Part shown: positions 41,194 to 50,930 of the stretch, one piece after another | Layout: the number at the start of each line of letters is the position of its first letter | Numbering within the stretch: position 1 is the stretch's first letter | Assembly (NCBI GenBank): GCA_977017575.1 | Contig: CDRNVI010000030.1 | Location: 868,001-932,000 of the forward strand | Direction of reading: 5' to 3' | Source: Paramoeba atlantica | Lineage: Eukaryota; Protista; Discosea | DNA: 64,000 nucleotides | Notes under the pieces: model-generated | What the model saw: the letters and a program-made list of their open reading frames with translations, nothing else | Databases searched by the model: none | What the model was told of the DNA's origin: nothing | Translations under genes and position numbers: made by a program

Positions 41194-42657
41194 CTATGTT
41201 TTGCGACAATTCATCTTGCTAGATAAGTATCGATAACGCTGCATGCACTCATTCCTTGACTTCCCCTCGACGCGAAGAGCTATTTCTGACCACTTGTCCG
41301 ACCCTTCATAGGACTGTAACTCTCGGAGAGCGTTCTCGAGTTGACGCTGCTGGACGGAATTCCATTCCTTAGCATTCTTGATAGTTATTTCAGTTCGCGG
41401 AGTGGAATTTCCTTCACTTTCTATCTTAGAATGATAAAGAAACTTTGAAATGTTTGAGCGTATGCCCTCCTCCGTGAGACTTGGATCACCGATACAATCT
41501 ACTATGTGCTGCCACCGATTTACCGTTCCTGGGGGATACATGCGCAACGCTGTAGTCAACTTATGGCATAACGCAGAGGAGTCCAATGATAGTTCTGAAG
41601 AAACTACAGGTGATGTGATCAATGAAGTGTGTTTGTGAATGGGCAATGTTGACTTGTTGGCACCCACAGATAAATTCTTTCCATCTGGACCCCCAGAGAC
41701 GCCAAAAGCTAAGCCATCTGTCCTGCTTGATTCAATAACATTGACGTCTTCTTTGTCACTATCGGTTGTATCCGGCTCCGAACCAGCTTCAAGAAAAGTG
41801 GACGTAGAGCCTTTCTCAGAAACCTCGTCTCTATGGCTTGTAGATTCATTGTATCTCAAATAAACTTGTTCCTTCGCTAACTTCGGCGAAGAATGCGCAC
41901 CGAAAGTATGCCGACGTGCTAGACGCGTGCTATCTCCCCTCACAGCACCTTCCACGGGAGAATACAACAACTTTTCACACAACATCGACCCGATCCACAG
42001 CAAGTAATTCCACAGAAGATAACACACCACCGCAGTCAACAGAAACACATCCCACATGCCCTCCTTCCACAAAAACCCCAACGAGAGCCACGCGAACAAG
42101 ACCACCAGCATCAACAACCGCAGCGCCACAACCAGCGAACGTGACACACAAGAAGGCAACCACTGAGGTCCCCACTGCAGGAACTCAACCAGCAGAAAAA
42201 GAACAAACAGAGCCGGAAGGTGAAGAAGAAACAAACCCGTGCAGGCCACACGGGAGCAGGCCCCGCGCACGACCACGAACTCAGGACACATGAGGTAAAA
42301 GAGAAACCCATCGGGCCAGCCGGTCGCGAGTAGGCCGTAGGCAGAGGCTTTGTCCAGTAAGGCATCGTAGTCGGCTCGGCGGGTGGGGTCGATTAAAATG
42401 TGCTTCGCGTGGTTGAGCTTTCGCATCGTCGCTGCATTATTGGAGGGGGCGACGTCGGGGTGGTTGTGTTTGGAGAGGGAACGGTAGGCGGCACGAATTT
42501 CATGGGAGGAGGCGCCACGAGGTACGCCAAGGGTGTGGTAGTGATTGGTGATCTCGGCGAGGAGAAGGGGGAGTTGGGGAGGGGAGCTACGAGAGAGGAG
42601 GAAAAGGACAAGCCCGAGGAAACTCAGTGAGGGGATAAATGGACAACGTCGTGGCAT
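41194..42657 (-). CDS. Membrane J-domain protein with C-terminal SANT/Myb domains (DNAJC1/ERdj1-like)
   Basis: N-terminal hydrophobic signal, HYHTLGV...HPD J-domain, hydrophobic segments, two SANT-like repeats (RWQHIVDCIG; EWNSVQQRQLENAL...KWSEIA). Confidence 0.8.
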   Translation of the reverse strand: MPRRCPFIPSLSFLGLVLFLLSRSSPPQLPLLLAEITNHYHTLGVPRGASSHEIRAAYRSLSKHNHPDVAPSNNAATMRKLNHAKHILIDPTRRADYDALLDKASAYGLLATGWPDGFLFYLMCPEFVVVRGACSRVACTGLFLLHLPALFVLFLLVEFLQWGPQWLPSCVSRSLVVALRLLMLVVLFAWLSLGFLWKEGMWDVFLLTAVVCYLLWNYLLWIGSMLCEKLLYSPVEGAVRGDSTRLARRHTFGAHSSPKLAKEQVYLRYNESTSHRDEVSEKGSTSTFLEAGSEPDTTDSDKEDVNVIESSRTDGLAFGVSGGPDGKNLSVGANKSTLPIHKHTSLITSPVVSSELSLDSSALCHKLTTALRMYPPGTVNRWQHIVDCIGDPSLTEEGIRSNISKFLYHSKIESEGNSTPRTEITIKNAKEWNSVQQRQLENALRELQSYEGSDKWSEIALRVEGKSRNECMQRYRYLSSKMNCRKT

Positions 42658-42926
42658 TCGAAACTCACATGGATAGGGTAGCTACATGGAAGAATGTAAT
42701 TTTTTAAGAAGTATCCCCTCTGGCTAAACAATCGAAATTGAAAATAAAATTTTAGAATACACGATGTACAAAAACTAAGGAACAAATTTTCTTTTCTTGA
42801 ATTCAACTTGTATCCTTTGAGTCCAAAGGTACAGTTCTAGCCTTACGAGACATACGTGTTGAATAATCGGTTCCATGATACAATCCACAAGAGTGACCTT
42901 GAACGCAAGTAAACGCCCAAAAAAGG

Positions 42927-45900
42927 CTACATGAGGGTTACGTGAGAATCAGGCACGATTTCAGATAGAGTTTTCCCATCCAACGTCTTCTTACGTCGTA
43001 GAATTCGATCAGCAATACGTTCATGCCGCAATCTCTCACTCTCAGATACGGAGGAATTCAAAGAATCCAATGCAGCTTTTAGGTGCATATCTTTCAAGAC
43101 TATTTCTGTATTTTGTGAATCTTGATTTCCAGATATGCTCGAATTTTGTTTTTGAGATTGGAAAAAAGTCGTTGAGTCAAAACTTTCTGGTGAAGAAGAA
43201 ATCTTTTTCGCAAGTTTATCCAACTGCGACTCTAAGTCTCGTCTCTCCTCGGCACTTAAAGTAAGTTCTCCTTCACAGATCTGGTATGAACAGTTTTGGT
43301 TTATCACATGATTTAGATGCATTGCAGCCTTTTCAGCTCGCAAATCCACACTGTCCTTGACGCATAGCATGTAAGCTGTTGAAATTACCCCACAAAGATC
43401 TGCATGGCTCCACCCTTCAGTAAGATCAGAGATTTCTTCACAAACGGCGTCATTTTCGAGCTTCAAATTTCGAGCGAGAGAAGCACACCGAAGTACCTCT
43501 ATTCTTTCCTCTCGAGTAGGAAGAGAACAATAAACTAGCGAATCTAATCGGCCTGGGCGCAGTAATGCTAAATCGAGCATCTCCGGTCGTGATGTCGCCC
43601 CGACGACGAATACGCCTGCGCGGCTCTCCACTCCATCAAGATGACAAAGGAGCTGATTTACTACTCGATCTGTAACCCCTGTGTGATCTTGCCCACGTTG
43701 TCTTGCGCATGCGTCGATTTCATCAATAAACAGAACACAGGGCCTTGCGCGGTGTGCTTGCTCAAAACATTCGCGTACCTTGGCCTCAGAGGATCCAATG
43801 TATTTATCTAACACCTCCGGTCCATTCAGCACAACGGAGTTGAGTCCCAGGGATTGAACGAATTGTGTCACGAGATGAGTTTTGCCACAACCAGGAGGAC
43901 CGAAGCACAACATTCCACTGCGCATCTTGATGGGGAACGAGGAGTACAATTTTGGATTCTGGGTGGGAAGCGTAATCATATTGTGTAATTTTTTCTTAGC
44001 CTCCATCATACCACCCACGCATTTATCAAGATCGGTCGTTTGAGAAACGTTTTCCTCTCCTCTTTCTCTATCAATTTGCGAAAACAGGTGCAGTTGGCTT
44101 AGGGCTAATGGAGAGAAACCTTTTTTGATGCTGCGAAAACGTTTCTCGGAAAGAAAAAGACCATTCAAGCTTTCATTTGATCCACGCTCAGACATGACCA
44201 CTCGTCCTGCCAAACTAAGAATGTCCTGAGGAGTGAAATTTACAAGGTATGAAGCCAAATTCTTCACTAGATCTTCGTCAAGATGGATGCCATGCGAACG
44301 CATACTGCTTGCAAAAAAATCCCTAGCGGTTTCAGAAACAGGAAGAGGTATTTGGAACGCACTAGGAAACAGAGAGCCCAGTCTTGCTCGTAGCGTAGAA
44401 TGCACCATGTCGGGCTGCGTTACAGATGCTATAACGAGATGCCGCCTCCTTTCCTGTGCAAGACGAAACAGCTCAACTAGTAGTAATGCCAAATGGTCAA
44501 CATTCGCGTCCTTTGTTGGTGACATGCCTGGTATGTTGGGCGTTGAAGGTAGTATGATATGTACATTGTCCAAGAGCAAGGCACTGCGAGAGGAGCTACA
44601 TGAAAGAAAGACGGAACGGAGCATGCGCTCCTTGATTTGAAGTGAATCGGACGCAATATTTTTGCAATCAAAGTAGATACTTGGTATTTTTCGAACAATA
44701 TGCTTCAGAAAATGGGTCTTACCTGACCCGGTTTGCCCACTTAACAGCGTATTGGCACCGAGATCATGATCGTAGCTGCGGAATACTCCCCCACATATCT
44801 TGTCAAAAGCTTCCCTGACAGAATTGTCGAAAAGTAAACATTGATTTTTTTCTGCTAAACTGTTTCGAGAAACGAACGATTCAACGGGAGAATATGGCGG
44901 TTGTGCTGCTTCCTTTGATGGATGCGGATAAATAATGTAAGGCCCCACGTAAGGCTCCAGCCAGGGAGCATACATTGTGTGTATGTGCCGATGAAAAAGA
45001 TGCGTACCCTCGACGCCCGACGGATTGTCGTCTGAAAGAGCATGCTGCTGGCAGTATATGCAATTCTCATGGTATCTACGAGCATCTGAGTGCCATACAT
45101 TCAAACCAAAGTTGTCCGGGTCTACGATTTTAATTCGTCCGCAAAGAGTTTCCCGCACTACGGCGTTTGAAGTCCAAATGCCATTCTCCTGTTGTAAAGG
45201 CGAAGGGTTCTGATGCACTAACGTATCAAGGGTGACGAAACCAAGCTTGTTCGCCGCGATAACTCCCACCAAACTACCGTCAAGCCACCCGTTACGGGAT
45301 GCGGTCTCCTGTGTAAGATACAACAACCCCTTCTCGCCACACTCTTGTGTTTCACCCGGCGGCAAGGAATTTTCTGCCGAGATGATGTTGTGGATAAACC
45401 CCGGTTTGGGATCTACTGCTTCAATGTCGGAGTCATTCATACGCATCCGTGTTGCTACGATAAGTTCCGTTCCACTCATCATGACATAACACGGGGCATC
45501 GGAGCGGTTCCCGCGTATATTGTCCACTTCAAGTTGCACCTGTACGCCCGGAAAAACGGTTACTAAAAACTTCATACCATCAAAAACAACTTGAAGTTGA
45601 CGAAGAAGCGTATCCTCGATTCGTCGCTGGTTTGTTTCCACTATTTCTGAGTCATCTACAGTACACGGAGTGACATGTACGGCAGATGCGACACCAACAC
45701 CACTGACAGCAAATGCTGTAATTTCATCCTGCTCGTGTAACCCCCATGCGGACGCTAGTTGGGAGCCGATTCGTAAAGTTCCCGCTGGAACACTTGCTGC
45801 GGAGTGCACCCCTACATATAGAAACTTTGAACTAGCCGATTTTAAGCCAAGTAGAGGAACTGGGATTGAACATCCAATATAACTGTTCCGCAATTCCTCG

Positions 45901-45977
45901 TAGCTAGAGGGACTGATCTGCGCATTGCTGTTGGTTTGATGTGAGTCACAACACAAACGGAGCCGCTTTCGAAACAT
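42927..45977 (-). CDS. PEX1: Peroxisome/glycosome biogenesis AAA ATPase
   Basis: N-terminal double-psi-barrel-like domain, degenerate D1 (GQTGSGKT, LLLDN), conserved D2 (GPPGCGKT, LFIDEID, RGQDHTGVTDRVVNQLL), C-terminal VTLM. Confidence 0.9.
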   Translation of the reverse strand: MFRKRLRLCCDSHQTNSNAQISPSSYEELRNSYIGCSIPVPLLGLKSASSKFLYVGVHSAASVPAGTLRIGSQLASAWGLHEQDEITAFAVSGVGVASAVHVTPCTVDDSEIVETNQRRIEDTLLRQLQVVFDGMKFLVTVFPGVQVQLEVDNIRGNRSDAPCYVMMSGTELIVATRMRMNDSDIEAVDPKPGFIHNIISAENSLPPGETQECGEKGLLYLTQETASRNGWLDGSLVGVIAANKLGFVTLDTLVHQNPSPLQQENGIWTSNAVVRETLCGRIKIVDPDNFGLNVWHSDARRYHENCIYCQQHALSDDNPSGVEGTHLFHRHIHTMYAPWLEPYVGPYIIYPHPSKEAAQPPYSPVESFVSRNSLAEKNQCLLFDNSVREAFDKICGGVFRSYDHDLGANTLLSGQTGSGKTHFLKHIVRKIPSIYFDCKNIASDSLQIKERMLRSVFLSCSSSRSALLLDNVHIILPSTPNIPGMSPTKDANVDHLALLLVELFRLAQERRRHLVIASVTQPDMVHSTLRARLGSLFPSAFQIPLPVSETARDFFASSMRSHGIHLDEDLVKNLASYLVNFTPQDILSLAGRVVMSERGSNESLNGLFLSEKRFRSIKKGFSPLALSQLHLFSQIDRERGEENVSQTTDLDKCVGGMMEAKKKLHNMITLPTQNPKLYSSFPIKMRSGMLCFGPPGCGKTHLVTQFVQSLGLNSVVLNGPEVLDKYIGSSEAKVRECFEQAHRARPCVLFIDEIDACARQRGQDHTGVTDRVVNQLLCHLDGVESRAGVFVVGATSRPEMLDLALLRPGRLDSLVYCSLPTREERIEVLRCASLARNLKLENDAVCEEISDLTEGWSHADLCGVISTAYMLCVKDSVDLRAEKAAMHLNHVINQNCSYQICEGELTLSAEERRDLESQLDKLAKKISSSPESFDSTTFFQSQKQNSSISGNQDSQNTEIVLKDMHLKAALDSLNSSVSESERLRHERIADRILRRKKTLDGKTLSEIVPDSHVTLM

Positions 45978-46445
45978 GAAGCACTACATAAAAGAGAAAG
46001 TGTAATTCGAAATAAACAGATGGAAAAAATAGACTCACCAGTGTTTCAATTCATAAAAAAATCTTGGAAATTAGAAATTTCTTAAAAATAATGCATATGG
46101 ACAATTGGATGGATATGAACGTTCTAAAACACACTATAATTATCGCCGAGTGAAACAACCATTTATACACAACAAGTTTTAACGAAGAAGCAAAAAAGAG
46201 ATGGAATTCTCATACGAAGCCTAATCAACATCTACAGAAATAGAGTAAATTTGACCACAACGTAAAACAAACACGCATTCGTAAGAAGAGTGTATATCAA
46301 AGAATGTACTTCGCACCTGGGTCAACACACATAGCACATGGGTCAACGGGATCAACCAAGAAGCCTATCGTGACACAAACTACGATTTTACACACCCCGC
46401 ATTATTGTACGCAAAATAGATAAAAAGAACTACCAAGACGCAAGA

Positions 46446-48557
46446 TTAAGGCCCTGCAATAAAGGCGTACATATCCTCTATGCATTCACGGTATCGACTA
46501 TCGATTTCTCTACGCTTCAATTTCATTGCAGCTGTCAAAGCCCCATTTTCGGGTGTCCATTCCTCTTCCGGGATACCACCGAAATATACGCTTCTTAGAA
46601 GCTCAAAAGACTTCTTCCCCGCACCTTTAGCTGTTTCATTCAAACTGATTAACGCTCGGCGCAAAAATTCAGAATCCTTCAGAATATCAGGATATGATCC
46701 ACCAATTTTATGCTTTCGGGCAAATGCCTTTGCTTTAGATTCATCGGTCAGTGCTACAGCCACAATGTGCGGCTGGTGCTCATTCACGCATATACAAATT
46801 CCGTTCGGGATAACGAGCTCGTTGATTGCATACGTAGCCTCAAGAGCCTCCAGTGCGATGTACTCGCCATGCGAGTTCTTTGCGAGTGCTTTTACTCTAC
46901 CAATAATCCGCAACGTGCCGTCCTCTGCCCACTCGCCGACATCTCCAGTTGCGAACCACTTGTTCGGGAGGTACACCTCTTGTGTCATCTCTGGTTGCTT
47001 GTAGTACCCGAGCGTAATGTTCGGCCCACGAATGAGTATCTCCCCCTGGGGAGGGTTGTGACTGGACGTCCACACGTCAACATCCCGCAGTTTGACCTCA
47101 ATCGCAGAGGTGAGCCCTCCCACATTTTCTTTTTGTAAGTCCCAGAACCGTTGAATCGTCGTGATGGCGACGGTCTCCGTGAGTCCGTAGCCCTGACCCA
47201 CGGGGACACCAAACACCACCGTGAGGAACTCATGCGTCGACGCGCTAAGCGGGGCACCCCCACAGATAATCATCTTTACCCGGCCCCCTAGAACGGACCG
47301 GATTTTTTGAAACACTTTGGTGTTCCAGTACGGGGTGTCGTAGCCTCGCGTCAGGGCCTCCCTGCGGTCGTCATAGGCCCGGTCATAGATACACCGACGG
47401 AGGGAACCCTTGGGGGGTAGTTTCGCCTCCACGGCTTTTTTTATGGTATCAAAAATACGTGGTACCCCGACAATCATATGGGGCTTGTACTCCTCCAGAT
47501 CACCATGGGGGATTGTATAAGTGTTGGTGAGCGTGCGTGGGTGGCCATAGCACACCATCGAGCCTCGACTGAACAGCACGTTCTCCGCCGTGAGCTCAAG
47601 GATATGGGCCAGGGGGAGGTAGGCAATGTAGGACTCCTCCGGTCCGGGTTGCTTCCCCAGCATGGGCGTCACCCGTCGTTCCAAAATGGTGACCCCGCTG
47701 AGTAGGTTTCGATGCGTCATCATTACCCCTTTTGGCTCTCCGGTGGTCCCGGAGGTGTACATAATCATCGCGAGCTCATGTGAAAGAGGGGAGAGGGAAG
47801 GGTGGGAGCACTGCGTGCGCTGTCCCTTACGCAGGAGGTCCGCAAACAGGACGACCTCAACGTTGGGAGGCAGTGCGGTGCCTGGTGGGGGAGCCTCGAA
47901 GACAATAAGGTAGCGAAGCGACGGCATGTCCCCTAAAGAGGCGAGATGATGGATATTTTTCTGACCGACAAAGATTGCTGAGAGCTCGGCTTCTTGAATG
48001 GCGTGCTGCAGAGCACTCGTGCCTAGGTTGGCGTACACAGTGACAGCCACTGTGCGTTGTGTCCACATACCATAAAGCGAGACTATCCACTCCCAACGCG
48101 TTTCCTCATAAATTCCCACGCGGCAATTTTGCCCCGTGAGGCCCAGACTGGCCAGGCCGGCGCCAAGAGTTTCAATTTTTTCCCAAAAATCCACGAAAGA
48201 CAAGTAACATGTCTCTCCCAAGCGCACGTATGTCATGTCCTTTACGCGTCCGTTGTCATCCGTGATAGGCTTCTTGAGCTCCTCCAACCAGGGACGGTAC
48301 GCAATCGCGCGCCGCTCTCCAAATTTCTCACAAGCGCTCTGTATGATTCCAAGAAGAGAGGAATGCTCCAGGCCAAGCATTGTCGCTTCATCGGTTTCAG
48401 AGAAAGAGGGAGAACGACGTATAGGCCCGTGACCCACACCCCCATCGCCGATTTCAACGGATTGGTGTTCCATTTTGCGAATGTCCATGAGATCAGGGAT
48501 TGGCACTTCGCTGATCTTGTTACGGTAGCTCATGCATGACGAAACGCAGCCTCCCAT
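46446..48557 (-). CDS. ACSL: Long-chain fatty acyl-CoA synthetase (ATG at 48557; the track start at 48611 is TTG)
   Basis: IMYTSGTTGEPKG, YLPLAHILE, GYGLTET, WFATGDVG, IIGRVK; MGGCVSSC acylation-type N-terminus. Confidence 0.95.
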   Translation of the reverse strand: MGGCVSSCMSYRNKISEVPIPDLMDIRKMEHQSVEIGDGGVGHGPIRRSPSFSETDEATMLGLEHSSLLGIIQSACEKFGERRAIAYRPWLEELKKPITDDNGRVKDMTYVRLGETCYLSFVDFWEKIETLGAGLASLGLTGQNCRVGIYEETRWEWIVSLYGMWTQRTVAVTVYANLGTSALQHAIQEAELSAIFVGQKNIHHLASLGDMPSLRYLIVFEAPPPGTALPPNVEVVLFADLLRKGQRTQCSHPSLSPLSHELAMIMYTSGTTGEPKGVMMTHRNLLSGVTILERRVTPMLGKQPGPEESYIAYLPLAHILELTAENVLFSRGSMVCYGHPRTLTNTYTIPHGDLEEYKPHMIVGVPRIFDTIKKAVEAKLPPKGSLRRCIYDRAYDDRREALTRGYDTPYWNTKVFQKIRSVLGGRVKMIICGGAPLSASTHEFLTVVFGVPVGQGYGLTETVAITTIQRFWDLQKENVGGLTSAIEVKLRDVDVWTSSHNPPQGEILIRGPNITLGYYKQPEMTQEVYLPNKWFATGDVGEWAEDGTLRIIGRVKALAKNSHGEYIALEALEATYAINELVIPNGICICVNEHQPHIVAVALTDESKAKAFARKHKIGGSYPDILKDSEFLRRALISLNETAKGAGKKSFELLRSVYFGGIPEEEWTPENGALTAAMKLKRREIDSRYRECIEDMYAFIAGP

Positions 48558-48727
48558 TTTGAAGAGCAAAAAGTAAAATGTACGGTGTAGAGAAAAGTTG
48601 TCAAGATACAAGGCAAATCGACAGTATACAGTGTGAATCTACTTCAAGTAAAGAGGGTCTCCTCTTGAAGTATAAAGAGATGGGGAGTGACATGTATCTG
48701 TGTTGATCGGCAGAATAATCTTCTAAT

Positions 48728-49412
48728 AATTTCTTTTTTAGGCTCTTCGTTAAACGCGGTGGTTGTTTTCAATTTAGAAGTCACTCATGCTGTGCGCTTC
48801 GTGTTGAAAACTACCTCCGCGTTTAACGAAGAGCCAAAAAGGAAAAATCGCCAAAAGATCATGAAAAATTTATTTTTTGGGTGAAAAAGCTCGATTTTTT
48901 GGCGAAAATTGCGAAATTTTACTCCGAATTTGAGCCGTTTTTAATGCCTTACCAGTAGGGGTAGGAGGCGAATCTGTCGAAAAAAACGTCGCAGAATGTT
49001 AGCTGAGGTCCACAACTCTTAAAATACGTTTTAGGAGTCGATTTTGGAAAAATAATACCTTTTACTTTTTTTTGAGTCAAGTTGATTTTTTGTCATCCCT
49101 AAAATTTCGGAAATTTTGACCTTGTCGGACCCCTCCTGCGCGTACCAGGGGGGTACCCCCAGGTGGGGGGTGGCGCGGCATACTCTAACACTTCCCTGCG
49201 CTCGATTTTGAAAAGCAAAAAATTCGAAAAAAAATTCGCGAGGTATGCCCCCCCTGGACCCCTCATTTTTTTCAATTTTGGACCACCGGAGCCGCTTTAA
49301 TATTTTTTTCTTCTATTATGTTACTGTGTTCCTCTTTATATTTTCACTGTTTTTGTTCACTTTTTTTTTCTAATAATCGAGGGTAGAGCGGTAGTTATAC
49401 AACCACCGCAAT
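48728..49412 (+). mobile_element. Hairpin-ended non-coding repeat, copy A (Helentron/HINE-like architecture, inferred)
   Basis: 32-bp-arm palindrome 48741-48772/48804-48835; terminal mini-hairpin GCGGTAGTTATACAACCACCGC; ~49250-49412 matches the reverse complement of ~55860-56020. Confidence 0.75.
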
Positions 49413-49544
49413 ATGACAGAATACTGTTAAATTGGAGATGCCCCCCTATACCACTACAGTATAGTGACTTTGTATACATGCAGCATACTTCTTTGACCGC
49501 AAAGTGCATATTGCAAGGATTCATGCTTGAGAAATCTCAAAATG

Positions 49545-50177
49545 TTAATAGATTTGGACACACCTAGGAACAGAGCCGTTAATGTCCAATCCTTTAGAGA
49601 TTGTCAGTTTTTGCAGTGATTTCGGAAGAGCATCGAATGACACCTTTCCAGAGAACTGATTTCCCCGCAAAGTAAGTGTCTGAAGATGTGGTGGTAAGGC
49701 GGTTAAGCAAAGAGGTCCTTCAAAATTGTTATCTCTTAATCCGAGAAAACGCAAAGATGGGGGGAGGCGCTCTGCGTCAAAAGTGCCAGAAAATGAGTTC
49801 CCAGAGAGCGCAAGCGATTGCATCTCGTGATGTAAGGCCGCGAAGTTTACACATCCCGTTAGATAATTATAGTGTGTTAATCCAAATTTGCTGTACACGC
49901 CAAGGTTCAGTGTCGTAAACATTTCTGGGAGACAACCCCAATCAGGAATCGTACCCTTTAACTTTCGACCGAACCAAAGAATTTGCCAATCATCTGTGAA
50001 TGGGTTGCGTTGAATCCCTTCCCACTGATCCGGCGAGTTGTCCTCATGCCACGATGCCGAGGGGTTCGATATGTTTTGTATAAATCGTGCAAGTCGGAAT
50101 GAAGGGGGGAGTGATTGGAGACGTACTCGAGCGACTCGGGTGTTGGAGTTCGATGCGTCAACGCAAGTAATAAGCAT
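49545..50177 (-). CDS. Leucine-rich repeat protein (same family; ATG at 50177)
   Basis: RVRLQSLPP...SW...QWEGI cap; LPPSLRFLGLRDNNFEG and similar LRRs. Confidence 0.8.
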   Translation of the reverse strand: MLITCVDASNSNTRVARVRLQSLPPSFRLARFIQNISNPSASWHEDNSPDQWEGIQRNPFTDDWQILWFGRKLKGTIPDWGCLPEMFTTLNLGVYSKFGLTHYNYLTGCVNFAALHHEMQSLALSGNSFSGTFDAERLPPSLRFLGLRDNNFEGPLCLTALPPHLQTLTLRGNQFSGKVSFDALPKSLQKLTISKGLDINGSVPRCVQIY

Positions 50178-50314
50178 GTTCAAATCTTGTTATGTTGAAA
50201 ATAAATAGAACCTACCGCCAAAACTATTCAATTACTGTCCCCCCGTTTAAGCGCACCGGTTCTTCCCCCCACCCGTTTACGCGCACATTTTGGAAACGAA
50301 ATTTCCTCGTATGT

Positions 50315-50664
50315 TTCTGTCAAACAGATAACATACATCTGTCAAACATACATCTGTCAAACAGATAACTAGGGGGGGTGTAGGGGTGTGACAGATAACT
50401 AGGGGGGGTCCGACATAAAAAAAGGCAGAGCATATAATTACAGAAACGGTATAAAATAGCATCACGCACGATCATTCGCTTGAAACACAAAAAGAAAAAA
50501 TGTAAGTTTCGTTTTAAGAGTTTTTTGGAAAAAAAGTAATTTACCTATTTTTAAAAGGTGATAGATAACCAGGGGGGATAGTCGACGAAAAAAGGAATCG
50601 AAGCGCCAAAAAGTGACAGATAACTAGTGGGGGTGACGTGTGACAGATAACTAGGGGGGGACAG
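50315..50664. repeat. Cluster of ~6 direct (GTGA)CAGATAACTAGGGGG motifs ending in GGGGGGACAG|TA (MITE-type end)
   Basis: Motif copies between ~50350 and 50660; terminal 10 bp are inverted relative to 50235. Confidence 0.7.
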
Positions 50665-50930
50665 TAACTTATTGCGTATTTTATCTTCCATAGAAGCTTG
50701 TATATCTTAATGCAGGGGTCCGAATAACTTTATATAGTTTATATATAGGTAGAAAAAATAAATATAGTTACTATAAAGTACCTATAGTACCTTTAAAGCT
50801 TTATGTACCTATATTTTTAGAGGTCGACTTTTTGTGAAATTTCGGTGGGAAATCTGTGCAATCTGGGTGCTCGGATCTGGGAGAGTATGCCTTGTTGGAG
50901 GGAATGGTTTTTCTGCTTACCTAAAATATA

